Assembly (NCBI GenBank): GCA_964489425.1
Contig: CAZAYP010000002.1
Coordinates: 82,725-146,724 of the forward strand
DNA from: an uncultured Verrucomicrobiota bacterium
GTDB taxonomy: Bacteria > Verrucomicrobiota > Kiritimatiellia > RZYC01 > CAZAYP01
Length of the DNA: 64,000 nt
Reading direction: 5' to 3'
The notes under the pieces: model-generated
The model's input: only the letters and a program-made list of their open reading frames with translations
Databases searched by the model: none
What the model was told of the DNA's origin: nothing
Translations under genes and position numbers: made by a program
In this document: in pieces, positions 45,501-54,800 of the stretch
Numbering within the stretch: position 1 is the stretch's first letter
Layout of the letters: the number at the start of each line of letters is the position of its first letter

Positions 45501-48470
45501 ACCAATCGCGCGCCGGTGCTGGCCGTGTCCACCGGCGGCCCGGCCACGACCGTGACGGCGGGCGACGGCCTCGCTACCGGGGAGTGGGTGCATGTGGCCG
45601 CGGTGCTGAGCGGCGCCCAGGCCAGCCTGTATGTGAATGGCGGCCTGGTCGGCCAGGACACCGGCATGCGGAGTCCCGGCCATGTCCGCTGGACCAGCAA
45701 CTATGTGGGCGCGGCCGTGGCGCAGAACATGGCCGCGTTTGCGGGTCGCCTGGCGGAGATGCGCATCTGGAACACCGCGCGCACCGCGTCCGAATTGTCG
45801 GAAACCATGAACCAGCGCCTTAACGGCGACGAGGCCGGCCTGGTGTCGTACTGGCCCGCCAACGAAGGCGGCGGGACCTTGCTCCTGGACCGCACGTACA
45901 ATGGATGCAGTGCCGTGGCCATGGGTATGGTTGACTGGACCAACAGCATGCCCGACTTGGCCAACAACTATGCTTACGACGATCCCAACATCCTGAAAAT
46001 CGACCGGACCACCGTCCAGGCCCTGCCGGAGATTGCGACGCACCTGGCCGCGGTGCAACAGGCGGTGGACAATGCCGATCACGGCCTCAACCCGCTCGGA
46101 TTGGCCCATTCCGCCGTGCCGTTCGATATCAACCCGGCGGAGATCGACAGCGGCCGGACGCACTTCGAGCAGATTCTCAGCCGCGCCGAAGTCGCGCTGA
46201 ACAACGCCCGGCAGGCGTTTGATGCCGCCGAAGACGCCGGCCGCATGTTGCGGCACCAGCAGCAGAACGCCAATAATTTTCAGGCCGCGGTCATCAGCCA
46301 GGAGGCGGATTACACGCGCCGGTTGGTCGAACTGTATGGCTATCCCTACTCCGACGATATCGGCGCGGGCAAGACGTATCCCTCCGGGTATGATGGCCCT
46401 GACTTCTACCACTACATGTACGTGGATATGAGCGCGCTGGGCTGGAGCGGGACCGACATTGAGCCTATCGAGGCGCGAACCTACAAGTTTTCGGGCGACG
46501 GCAAGGATTCCACCCTCAATCCCTATGGCTATGCCACCAACCTGCCGGCGGGCGAACTCACCAAGGGCTGGACCAACATCATCGAGTTCCACTATTCGGC
46601 GCTTGGGTTGCCGTGCAAGCCGGCCACCTTCGCCGGCAGCCGCCGCGCCGAGGGGCGGCTCCAGAAAGCCTACAACGAGTTTCTCAAGGCATTACTCGTC
46701 TATCGCCACGCCCTGGTGGAATACGACAACAAGACCGAGTTTCTCGTCGATACGGTGAAGTGGTACACTTCCCAGTTTGCCCCCTGGAAGTTGCGCGACT
46801 ACCAGAACGAGGCCGGTTACCTGTATCTTAAGGAAGCCCAGTCAACGCTGGACCTGTTCTACAAGATTCGCAAAGCGTTCATTGAAAATAAGGAGAAGCA
46901 CGCCCAGGCCAACGCCGCCAATGTTCAGAACGCGGCGCCCAACAGCACGATTTTCGGCATGGATAGCGGCGGCGACTTGACGTGGATCGTCCGTCAGGCG
47001 TTACGCGCCTGTATCCAGGTCCGTGAAGCCCTCTACGCGATAAAAACCATCAAGATGGATACCGTCCATTTCGCCAGCAAATGGTTTCTGGAAACCGTGG
47101 CCGCCGGCAAAGACCTGGCCAAGCTGAACCATGATTACGATCTGGAAAAAATTAACGAGGAAACCAAGATCGATGAACTGGTCAACCTTCAGGCGGAGTT
47201 GCTGGCCACCGTGAAGGTGGCGTACCAGGGCATGATCCAGGCTTACGAAGAAGCGCTGGCCGTTGAACAGGAAGCCGAACGCCTGCTGGGCAGCCGCGAG
47301 CGCGATCGCGAAGAAGGCGCCAACCGCGTGGCCAGCATGCGCTATAATGACATGGCCTTCCGCATCTTCCGCAACGATGCCCTGGGCCGCTACTCGTCGA
47401 CCTTCAATCTCGCCGCCATGTACACGTACCTGGCTGCCAAGGCCTATGACTATGAAACCGCCCTGCTGCCGGCCGAGTCCGTCACGGATCCCGGCAGCCG
47501 GTTCCTCGGCGATGTCGTGCGCGCCCGGACCTTGGGGCTGGTGGTCAATGGCGAGCCGCAGGTGGGTGGCCCCGTGGGCGATCCGGGGTTGGCCGATATT
47601 CTGGCGCGGATGAAAGCCAACTGGGCCGTGCTCGAAGGCCGGTTCGGGTTCAACAACCCCGAGCGCGAGACCAGCCGGTTCTCGCTGCGCACCGAGCTCT
47701 TCCGCATCCTGCCCGGGCCCACGGGCGATAAAAACTGGCGTACGGCGCTGGAGGGCTGCCGGGTGGATGACTTGTTCGTGCTGCCGGTGTTCCGCCGCTA
47801 TTGTATTCCGTTTGCCGCTCAGGATGGCCTGCAGAGCAAGGAACCCGGCTTGGTCATCCCGTTCAGCACTACCGTGGACTTCGGCTACAACTTCTTCGGC
47901 AAGGAACTGGCCAGCGGCGACAATTCCTACGATCCGTCGCACTTCGCCACCAAGATCCGCAGCGTGGGGGTCTGGTTCAGCAACTACAACAACAACGCGT
48001 CCAGTTCGGGAGCCGGCCTGGCCACCGCGCCGCGAATCTACATCGTGCCGGCCGGTTTGGACTTCATGCGGTCGCCCACGGACCTGACCGGCCAGACCCT
48101 GCGCTCGTGGCAGGTTCAGGACCAGGCCATCCCGCTGCCGTACATCATCGGGGCCTCCGACCTGGATGAACCCGACTGGATCCCGCTGTATGACTCCCTG
48201 CCGGATTCGCTGGCCGCCATGCGCCGCTATCCCTCCATGCGCGCCTACCATGACGGCGGCGCATGGGACAGCTCGCAGTTGACCTACAACAGCCGGCTGG
48301 TCGGCCGGTCGGTCTGGAACACGGAGTGGTACTTGATCATTCCCGCGGGCACGCTGAACAGCGACCGCACCCTGGCGCTGGAATACTTCATTTACGGCGT
48401 CGATGGCGATGGCAACGGGATCAAGGACGTCCTCCTGTTCTTCGAGACGTATTCATACGCGGGAAACTGA
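39594..48470 (+). CDS. Giant (2958 aa) secreted protein with three LamG/ConA-like domains and an alpha-helical C-terminal third
   Basis: GAAGGGAG ribosome-binding site; signal MNSLYARRMRWSRALALAVTGVLATSALQA. Three LamG signatures (MVDNIRVWNAALTAEDINNSM, GIDELRIWSTTLDDQERQAAM, LAEMRIWNTARTASELSETMNQ). Residues about 2150-2800 are predicted helical. Confidence 0.9.
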   Translation: MNSLYARRMRWSRALALAVTGVLATSALQAQTVAGSYSVRLPTVLPFTNGNPNMTSVPILSGGNTGGVKATNNLGAVSLQLPQSAFGQNLEHLEPDAYLGQILQPPVSSNGVGVNWALMTNSAFINPTGNAFFEPSMGVMYAAVGGEVEIQWRFLDGSTQATTYVVESAPAGRPYRVYWTDPPYNAPKVTFSDTVFIKFHYNTQVSAPVYVQTTNNGVVNSNVVKGLYIDSANSVNAVGGMQGMIVAQYFKTGMYDEQVSPEAVIVIEVMPPDIQTLDAHLGTRILPQGGWAEVDELTPLVTAGLDPEAPYLYQHSSADGSAIPKLDWLFPVHGSRADPWNIEIYWEVPDLMGTPWFYEVDWYAADWPRYCFPFVRGEPDNPGVPLYFPTNLTPSLEAYQDPASGCAQMQDAQTLVTITNAGRCLVQLTSADDNIWYLPLQLVGRASKGSDLLPLDWSIGREIQPVPTARSILFEGDSTARTTLEAMTLGSNFTLECWVYAANLDIQSNAQLCVFDKNRQGAVAWSNEVTLAIQTGASAAPGTVVATMGSGKANPATLATLTSTNRLSSMEWTHLALTLQGQKLTIYLNGASGGQVLLGTNGVRQTAREPIYIGAPATTNTAPFVGMVDNIRVWNAALTAEDINNSMLGNYLGIPVSTLTNMGLIAYLPVDDDDTLLRLYDLTGRHTATVQNCMMPYVGAVGKTFERNYSAMHGYVYPPYGVDYNTNFYTEPSEADPNAVNAIFAVNTNNGLEIWWYQAFQEPAMPSPVYLPNWVQRFANHWPGATASPQIILASGAGSAAGGIYDQGFYMAMDTNDSAGVAILHKGEYFTGPFSVGVWVYARYLPPAGKKEVICSFGNPLTATSEVDRVALSIRSDAQLELATDTGGAVTTLAGGIFATGRWVYVMAMVDPGNAQLFLDNQLQATSASLLMPENVTRTNCLIAWSETLGVAKFWGGIDELRIWSTTLDDQERQAAMYNVANGMNTLELTTYIPFTPIKGHLVQDLVTGYKGLMLYATFAEPGAPALGSRKYTPQEHAGIYYQNDNTLPGFNPNEEHALLNREGGYDVAYAFRNDLNPVFGESEPFVLVNYIDQLTGLPAMDVLHVARTNEMYPTFVDATLAAQQLAGPHPLDLVPSHWTGADIHETGPAWQSKRTKAWYAVAGGSSATATAKVVMRNYYPQQPGYWFPGLSAGLQPALNTPIPWLPTLSASDYTKSDYPTSGLPQQVSWTISWPDNIPTLAVGDTLTVARDGLPDIWDQLSVDIAYQQSTTNPAMQDRISVFLFDPLCPRGATLPRELAEYGFVVGGPNPTIYMRQGRYYFNNLPPDLSGRFFFDPMLNQSNLVLVGEYNQPVAGQGYLLVNELTDDQRAILIGLAPSNNEYIAEWTQAVGLLANDAVEVLPNQPFTGIALNAPGMGAGYVTLAFNAATNPLLGVGPGSPVNMTTLLVVTNLATGAVIPLEDEYNLLSEQMNMLFNLDFAGEPGNFEFEWRWSEPNANGTTPTDPLTCDVFTNGLGINNLVLNGQSPEDLLNRFFAVRYRAVTGVVASVTGTNWSDFTSFALAEGWVQRILNALTPFEQRMRDLYNNAVETQVSMIIAAGAPYEGPIALNQDNVNNVGLIQMYQTVLNRARAVMDEAELHDANANQQLLLAASRLNDLYMLLGNEAYADAMDPTIGFGSTLTLNNSAPMPLDYGALASSLFCFDNQVASLLEEELALLRGRGNAILAPGMGLTPVYNRLFWNYTKGITAGEVAYSVNYDINGHTNVIIDAETAAVRFPQGHGDAWGYYLDALTVYYNLLKLPWFDWGLPSISPMLMNNVTIDADYFDEKKFAEAGAALARTGAELIDRTYRQGYTESQQSLFPAYEDADTNRAWGVGEWGTRVGVGALCNWMVGNSLLPLPSSWLTNSTSLGMAGAGYAQCAAGNYFAGDFTVEMWLWLRGQNLDRSMALLDFNGADAASRVALYLAPTNRAPVLAVSTGGPATTVTAGDGLATGEWVHVAAVLSGAQASLYVNGGLVGQDTGMRSPGHVRWTSNYVGAAVAQNMAAFAGRLAEMRIWNTARTASELSETMNQRLNGDEAGLVSYWPANEGGGTLLLDRTYNGCSAVAMGMVDWTNSMPDLANNYAYDDPNILKIDRTTVQALPEIATHLAAVQQAVDNADHGLNPLGLAHSAVPFDINPAEIDSGRTHFEQILSRAEVALNNARQAFDAAEDAGRMLRHQQQNANNFQAAVISQEADYTRRLVELYGYPYSDDIGAGKTYPSGYDGPDFYHYMYVDMSALGWSGTDIEPIEARTYKFSGDGKDSTLNPYGYATNLPAGELTKGWTNIIEFHYSALGLPCKPATFAGSRRAEGRLQKAYNEFLKALLVYRHALVEYDNKTEFLVDTVKWYTSQFAPWKLRDYQNEAGYLYLKEAQSTLDLFYKIRKAFIENKEKHAQANAANVQNAAPNSTIFGMDSGGDLTWIVRQALRACIQVREALYAIKTIKMDTVHFASKWFLETVAAGKDLAKLNHDYDLEKINEETKIDELVNLQAELLATVKVAYQGMIQAYEEALAVEQEAERLLGSRERDREEGANRVASMRYNDMAFRIFRNDALGRYSSTFNLAAMYTYLAAKAYDYETALLPAESVTDPGSRFLGDVVRARTLGLVVNGEPQVGGPVGDPGLADILARMKANWAVLEGRFGFNNPERETSRFSLRTELFRILPGPTGDKNWRTALEGCRVDDLFVLPVFRRYCIPFAAQDGLQSKEPGLVIPFSTTVDFGYNFFGKELASGDNSYDPSHFATKIRSVGVWFSNYNNNASSSGAGLATAPRIYIVPAGLDFMRSPTDLTGQTLRSWQVQDQAIPLPYIIGASDLDEPDWIPLYDSLPDSLAAMRRYPSMRAYHDGGAWDSSQLTYNSRLVGRSVWNTEWYLIIPAGTLNSDRTLALEYFIYGVDGDGNGIKDVLLFFETYSYAGN

Positions 48471-48556
48471 AGAAAACGAGGAATGAGGAATGATGAACGA
48501 TGACCATCGGACGATAGGTTTCATAAGCATTGGCAGATTTTCCAGCGAGGCCCAAT

Positions 48557-49417
48557 ATGAAGAATAACCTGGTGGCTGGGGTGATCGCATGTGTTGTGGT
48601 TTCATCATTCATCGTTCAGTATTCATCGTTCTCTTCCCCCCCCATGCCATCCTTCCGCTACTTCGGCATGCTGGTGGATGAATACGGCTGGCCGTGCCGG
48701 GCGGACAGCGACACCGCGCTGGTGCTTTCCGTGCGCACCAACGAGTGCAGCCAGGCGGAGACCGACGAGCAGTTGGGCTACGGCATCAACTACGTCATCG
48801 AGGCGCCCATGGATTATCCCAACGCCAGCGCCTATGCTCCCTATGCGGCGCGGCCGGGCGATCCCGCGAGCCTGGCCGTGTGGGTGGGCGACGTGCAGCA
48901 GCCCCTGATGTCCACATCCGCCCTGCCGGCCATTGGCCAGCCCGGCCAGGCCGTGCGCGTGAATCTCAACCTGGGCACGGATACGGACCACGACGGCCTG
49001 TCCGACGAATGGGAGACCGACCTGATCATCAATAATTCCGGTGGCCTCTTCACCAACATCACCCAGGTGCTGGCCGGCGATGACTTTGACGGCGACGGCG
49101 CGACCAATGGGGATGAGTTTCGTGCCGGCACCGCGCCGGAGTGGGCGGGCGACGTCTTCGCCGTGTACGATTGGATGGCAGTGGAAAGCAACGGACTGGC
49201 GCTTTGTTTTTACACCGTCCAGGGCATGACCTATGAGCTGTTTTCCGTACCCTCCACGTTGGCCAACCGGGAGTTGGCCTGGCAGCGGACTGCGTTTCGC
49301 ACCAGCCCCGGGGGCGGGAACGCCTATACCTTCACGGCCCCCGCCTCGGAGCGCGCGTTCTTCTACGCGTATCCCACCAACACGGTCAAGCTGTTCCGGC
49401 TGCAGATCATGAAGTGA
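48557..49417 (+). CDS. Secreted protein with TSP3-type calcium-binding repeats and a C-terminal FN3-like module
   Basis: Signal MKNNLVAGVIACVVVSSFIV; repeats DTDHDGLSDEWETD and DDFDGDGATNGDE; C-terminus ...VKLFRLQIMK. Confidence 0.75.
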   Translation: MKNNLVAGVIACVVVSSFIVQYSSFSSPPMPSFRYFGMLVDEYGWPCRADSDTALVLSVRTNECSQAETDEQLGYGINYVIEAPMDYPNASAYAPYAARPGDPASLAVWVGDVQQPLMSTSALPAIGQPGQAVRVNLNLGTDTDHDGLSDEWETDLIINNSGGLFTNITQVLAGDDFDGDGATNGDEFRAGTAPEWAGDVFAVYDWMAVESNGLALCFYTVQGMTYELFSVPSTLANRELAWQRTAFRTSPGGGNAYTFTAPASERAFFYAYPTNTVKLFRLQIMK

Positions 49418-49482
49418 TCCATCCGGCGCGGCCGGATTGATGCCTTGTGCGATCAGCTGGCACGGACTAGACTGCAAAAACC

Positions 49483-51093
49483 ATGGATCGCACGTTACAA
49501 AAAGAAATTAATCGCCGCCGGACGTTTGCAATTGTTTCGCACCCGGACGCGGGCAAGACCACGTTGACCGAAAAGCTGCTGCTTTACGGGGGCGCGGTCC
49601 AGCTTGCCGGATCCGTGACGGCCCGCAAAAACCAGCGGGCCACCACGTCCGACTGGATGGAACTGGAGAAACAGCGCGGCATTTCGATCAGCTCGACGGT
49701 GTTGCAGTTCGAGTACCGGAACTTCCGCATCAACCTGCTGGACACCCCCGGCCACAAGGACTTCTCAGAAGATACGTACCGCGTGCTGACGGCCGTGGAT
49801 GCGGCGATCATGGTCATCGACGCCGGCAAGGGCATCGAGAGCCAGACCCGCAAGCTGTTCGAGGTGTGCCGGCACCGCGGCGTCCCGATCTTCACGTTCA
49901 TGAACAAGCTGGACCGGCCGACCATGGAACCCCTGGCGCTCCTCGACGACCTGGAGAGCGTCCTCGGCATCAACGCCTATCCGATGAATTGGCCGCTGGG
50001 AACCGGCCTGGACTTCCGGGGCGTGTGGGACCGCCGCACGCGCATGGCGTATCTCTACGAGCGCACGCCCGGCGGCGTGTACCGGGCGCCCGTGTCCACG
50101 GCCGGATTGTCCGATCCCGTGGTGCGGGAACGGTTGGACGAACAAACCTATCGGCAAGTGTGTAGCGAGGTGGAGATGCTGGACGGCGCGGGCGCTGAAT
50201 TCCAGCCCGCCGAAGTATTGGCCGGGGAAACCACGCCCGTCTACTTTGGTAGCGCCTTGAACAATTTTGGCGTTCAGCTTCTGCTTGACGGGTTTCTTGA
50301 CTGTTCCTCCGCGCCCACGGGCCGCCGCAGCCGCGCGGGGGTGATCACGCCCGGCCACGCGGCCTTCTCCGGTTTCGTGTTTAAGATCCAGGCCAACATG
50401 GACCCGCGCCATCGCGACCGGATCGCTTTTGTGCGCGTGGTGTCGGGCAAGTTCCAGCGGAACATGTCCGTCATCCATAGCCGCACCGGCAAGGCGATCC
50501 GGCTGACCCGGGCCACGAAGCTGCTGGGGCAGGAGCGGGAAACCATCGAGAACGCGTATCCCGGCGATGTCGTCGGGATTGTCGGGACCGCCGCGTTCGG
50601 CATCGGCGACACGCTCACCGAAGACCCGGGCATCGTGTATGACGAGATCCCGCATTTCGCGCCCGAGTGTTTTGCGTTCATCGAAAACCCGGTGCCCGCG
50701 AACTTCAAGCGGTTCCGCAGCGGCATGACCCAACTGCTGCAGGAGGGCGTGGTCCAGTGTTTTGAGCTGGCCGACTCCACGCGGAAGGTACCCCTGCTGG
50801 GCGCGGTGGGACTCCTGCAGTTCGAGGTGGTTCAGTACCGGCTTGAGAACGAATACGGCGCCGTGTCCCGCATCGAAAGCGCCCCCTGGAAGGTGGCGCG
50901 CTGGCTGCATTCCGAGGTGCCGGACGCCGAACTGGTCCTGCCACTGGAAGCCCGCCTGGCGCTTGATCGAGAGGGTCACCGCGTGTTGTTGCTGGGCGAC
51001 GAATGGCAGTTGCGCTACGTCCAGGAGCACAATCCCCGTGTGCGGTTGAGCGACCTGCCGCTGGCCACGGCGCCGGTTGCCGCGACCCCTTGA
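49483..51093 (+). CDS. prfC: Peptide chain release factor 3 (RF3 GTPase)
   Basis: RRTFAIVSHPDAGKTTLTEKLL, DWMELEKQRGISI, LLDTPGH, FMNKLDR, GFVFKIQANMDPRHRDRIAF: RF3 signature throughout the full length. Confidence 0.95.
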   Translation: MDRTLQKEINRRRTFAIVSHPDAGKTTLTEKLLLYGGAVQLAGSVTARKNQRATTSDWMELEKQRGISISSTVLQFEYRNFRINLLDTPGHKDFSEDTYRVLTAVDAAIMVIDAGKGIESQTRKLFEVCRHRGVPIFTFMNKLDRPTMEPLALLDDLESVLGINAYPMNWPLGTGLDFRGVWDRRTRMAYLYERTPGGVYRAPVSTAGLSDPVVRERLDEQTYRQVCSEVEMLDGAGAEFQPAEVLAGETTPVYFGSALNNFGVQLLLDGFLDCSSAPTGRRSRAGVITPGHAAFSGFVFKIQANMDPRHRDRIAFVRVVSGKFQRNMSVIHSRTGKAIRLTRATKLLGQERETIENAYPGDVVGIVGTAAFGIGDTLTEDPGIVYDEIPHFAPECFAFIENPVPANFKRFRSGMTQLLQEGVVQCFELADSTRKVPLLGAVGLLQFEVVQYRLENEYGAVSRIESAPWKVARWLHSEVPDAELVLPLEARLALDREGHRVLLLGDEWQLRYVQEHNPRVRLSDLPLATAPVAATP

Positions 51094-51096
51094 GCC

Positions 51097-51762
51097 ATGG
51101 CCCCATTGCCACCGCCAGAGGCTTGCCCGGTTTGTTCTTCGGGCCGGACCGCGCGATTCCAAAGCATCGCTGACCGCGAGTACTGGCGCTGCACGACGTG
51201 CCTGGCGATCTTCCTCCACCCTGCGCAGCATCCGGATCCCGGGGCGGAAGAAGCCCGCTATCGTCTTCACCAAAATGATCCGGGCGACCCGGCCTATCGC
51301 CGCTTCCTCGCCAGGCTGGCCCAGCCGCTCCTGGCCCGGCTCGCGCCGGGCCGCGAAGGTTTGGATTACGGCTGTGGGCTGGCCCCGGCGTTGGCCGAGA
51401 TGCTGCGCGAGGCTGGGCACCGCGTGCGCTTGTACGACCCGTTCTTTCAGCCCGACGCGGCGGCCTTGGAGCAGACCTACGATTTCATCACCTGCACCGA
51501 AGTCGTGGAACACTTTCATCACCCGGCCTGCGAGTTCGCCCGGTTGGACGCCCTGCTGCGGCCCGGCGCCTGGCTTGCCATCATGACCCGTTTCCAAACC
51601 GATGATGAGCGCTTCGAGAACTGGCATTACCGGCGGGACCTGACGCATGTGGTGTTCTATCGCGGCGAAACATTTCAACTCTTGGCCGCGCGTTTCGGCT
51701 GGGATTGCGAGATCCCGGTCAGGGACGTGGTGCTGATGCGCCAACGCCGCGGGTGTGCTTGA
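51097..51762 (+). CDS. Zn-ribbon / class I SAM-dependent methyltransferase-like protein
   Basis: CPVCSS...CTTC ribbon, then DYGCGLAPALAEML, the glycine-rich SAM-binding motif. Start overlaps the prfC stop by 4 bp. Confidence 0.65.
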   Translation: MAPLPPPEACPVCSSGRTARFQSIADREYWRCTTCLAIFLHPAQHPDPGAEEARYRLHQNDPGDPAYRRFLARLAQPLLARLAPGREGLDYGCGLAPALAEMLREAGHRVRLYDPFFQPDAAALEQTYDFITCTEVVEHFHHPACEFARLDALLRPGAWLAIMTRFQTDDERFENWHYRRDLTHVVFYRGETFQLLAARFGWDCEIPVRDVVLMRQRRGCA

Positions 51763-51836
51763 CAACGATGGCCGCCCGTGGCAGTAAAACGCGAACAATG
51801 ACGCGGGCCCGGCCCGCAAGAGGGAGTGCCAGCAAA

Positions 51837-54800
51837 ATGACAATGCGCGCGATTCCTGCTTGGTGGTTCCATGGCGTGGCGATGATCGGCTTGGCCGCGG
51901 TAACCTGCCAGGCCCAGTTTGTGGAAAACGGGCAGTCCTACCAAAACCGATCCAAGGGCACGAGCCTCAAGGCCGGCGACCCGATTTCCGCGGCGAATGG
52001 CGCGTTTTCCGACGAGTGGCTGCTGTTCGACCTGGGTGGGCCCATGGACTTGTATTTCAAGCTGATGTACCGGTCCGATCCGAACTACACGTGGAAGCGG
52101 AACCCGCAGGATTTTCCCCGGAATGATTTTGGCGACTATCAGCGGGTGCCGTTTTCGTGGGCGCCGGCGCCCATCATGGCCGTGGATGTGTGGGGAGGGC
52201 TGGCCGAGGTGGTGTTGCCCGAGGGCGATGTCATCAATTTCACCGGGTCCTTGGCCTCGGCCTGGGGCCTTGTGGATACATCCACCTTGGGCGATCCGCT
52301 CACCCGGGACAATGGCGTGCCGGTGGCCTACCAACTCCAGCAGAGCGGCGACTGGTTCTATTTCCTGGATCCCGAAACCGGGCGCTGCCTGATGTTCCAG
52401 TACTTTTCCAACACCCAGACGCGCGTGCGCTACGTTGTGGACCGTAACGGCAACCGGCTGGATTACACCTATGCCACTTGGACGAACACGAACCCGACGC
52501 GGATTTCGGATGGCCTGGGGCGTTCCCTTGACTTCATGTATTATTCGGGCAGCGGCGGCGAGAGCAACGGGTTGATGCGCGTGACGGACCACACGGGCCG
52601 GCACGTGGACTTTTGTTATACCGGGTTGGCGCCGGACAACCGCAATCTGTACACCCTGCGGGCTTTCAGCAATGCAGCCGGCCAGGTCACCACGTTTCTG
52701 TACCAGCCCAACCCGGTGGTGGGGCGCAAGTGCGAATTGCTCAGCCGGATCGTGACGCCGCTGGGCACAAGCCTTGTGTCCAACGAGTATGGCGCGGTGG
52801 CCCTGGCCGGGTACATGCCGGAAACGCGCGTGGTCCGCCAGGAGGATGCCTTGGGCCATGGCACCACGTTCGCCTATGAAAATGGGGCGGGCAGCTCGTA
52901 CGTGGCGCGCGTAGCATATCCTGACGGCACGTCGGAAATCTATGAGCATTTTTACCACCACGCTCCGCCCAAGGCGCTGACCGATGGCGCGGGCGCAACC
53001 ATGCGGTTTGCCAAAAACGACCACGAGCAGATAACGGCGGTGACCGATCGCCTGGGCGGCGTCACCGCGCTTGTTTATGACCCGGCGCGCCGGTGCCTGG
53101 CAGGCATGACCAATGCGTCCGGCCAGGCGCTGTCATTCCAGTATGGCTCGGTGACCCAAGGCTTCTTCAATCCTTACACGCTGCAAACCGTGTATTTTGG
53201 CATGGACCAGCTGGACCGGATGCTCCTGCCGGACGGTACACAAGAAACTTACTATTACGATAGCCGCGGCAATGTGACCTCAACCGTGGATCAGGCCGGC
53301 CAGGCGTGGGCCATTGCCTACAACAGCCTGGGCCTGCCCACGGCGATCCGCAACCCGGCCGGCGGCATGATCGTGAGCACATGGACAACCAACGGCACGC
53401 TCGCGGCGCAGGCTGATGCGGACGGTGTTCGGGAAAGCTACGGCTACGATGGCGCGTTCCGGTTAGTCGCCGTCACCAACGGTCTGGGCGGTGTGCGCCG
53501 GATGCAATATGATGCCCTGGACCGCGTGACCAACGCCGTCGATGAACTGGGGCATGCGTACAGTTTCTCTTTCGACGCCAACGGCAACGGGATCCGCGTG
53601 ACGGATCCGCTGGGATACTCGACCTTGTACTTTTACGATCGGATGGACCGGTTGACCAACATCACGGATCGCAGCGGCCATGCCTCTGTATATTCCTATG
53701 ACGTCATGGGCCGCTTGCAATCGTTTTGCGCACCAGACGGTGTAACCCGGCAATATGGGTATGACGCGCGCGGCTGGCAGGTCCGCGCCGCGATCGGCCC
53801 GGCCACGTGGAGCAACACCTATGATGCCGAGGGGCTCCTTCGTCAGGCATACACCCCGGCCGGCCGCACCTGGTTTCAAGATGTGAACGCGTTGGGCGAT
53901 GCAACCAACATCGTGGGCGCCGCAGGGCAACGGGTGACCATGACCTACGACTCCCTGCGTCGTCCGCTGGCCGCAACCGACGCCCGCGGTCAGTCGGTTA
54001 CGTTCCAATACGACCCGCGCGGCATGCTGACCCGCGCCGCTGTCGCCGGGCTGGGCGCCACCTCCAATAGTTTCAATGCCTTGGGCTTGTTGAGTGGCTT
54101 GCATGACCTGAACGGGCAGGTTTGGGCTTTCGGATACAGTGCCGCGGGCCGGCTGACTTCGCAAACCGACCCATTGGCCAACGCGATCAGCCTGACCTAT
54201 GATGCGGCCGGCCGGATGACCGCCCGATGCTCTCCAGGCCCCGGCGGCAGCAGCGTTACAAACCGGTACCAGTTCGATGCAGCCGGCAATCTCGTGAACA
54301 TCGTTTACAGCGATGGCACGGCGGTCCCCTTTGCCTATGATGCGCGCGGCGACCTGGTCTCTGCCGCCGGCATCGCGCTTGCACGCGATGCCGAGGGCCG
54401 CGTGACCAACACGGTCAGCGGCGGCGCGGCGTTCGGCGCATCGTACAACGCGGCCGGCCGGCTATCGGCGCTTACCTATTACAACGGCGGCCTCACCGTG
54501 TGGTATGAGTACGACGCCAACAACGGCCTGTTGCGTCGGGTGTCCAACAGCCTGACCGCGGCCTCGGTCTCGTTCCAGCACGATGCCGATGGTTTGGTCA
54601 CCAACCTGGTGCGTGGCAACGGCGTCCAAGCCTCGTTTGCTTATGACGCAGCCGGGCAGATGGTGCGGTTGCGCGATGGCAGTTTTCTGGATATCCGGAC
54701 AGCCTGCGACGCGGCCGGCCAGGCTACGCAGCAGGTGGCCACCTTGCCGCTGGACCCCGTGGCCTTGGTGGCCCCGGGGTTGCGCTCCAATCGCTACGAT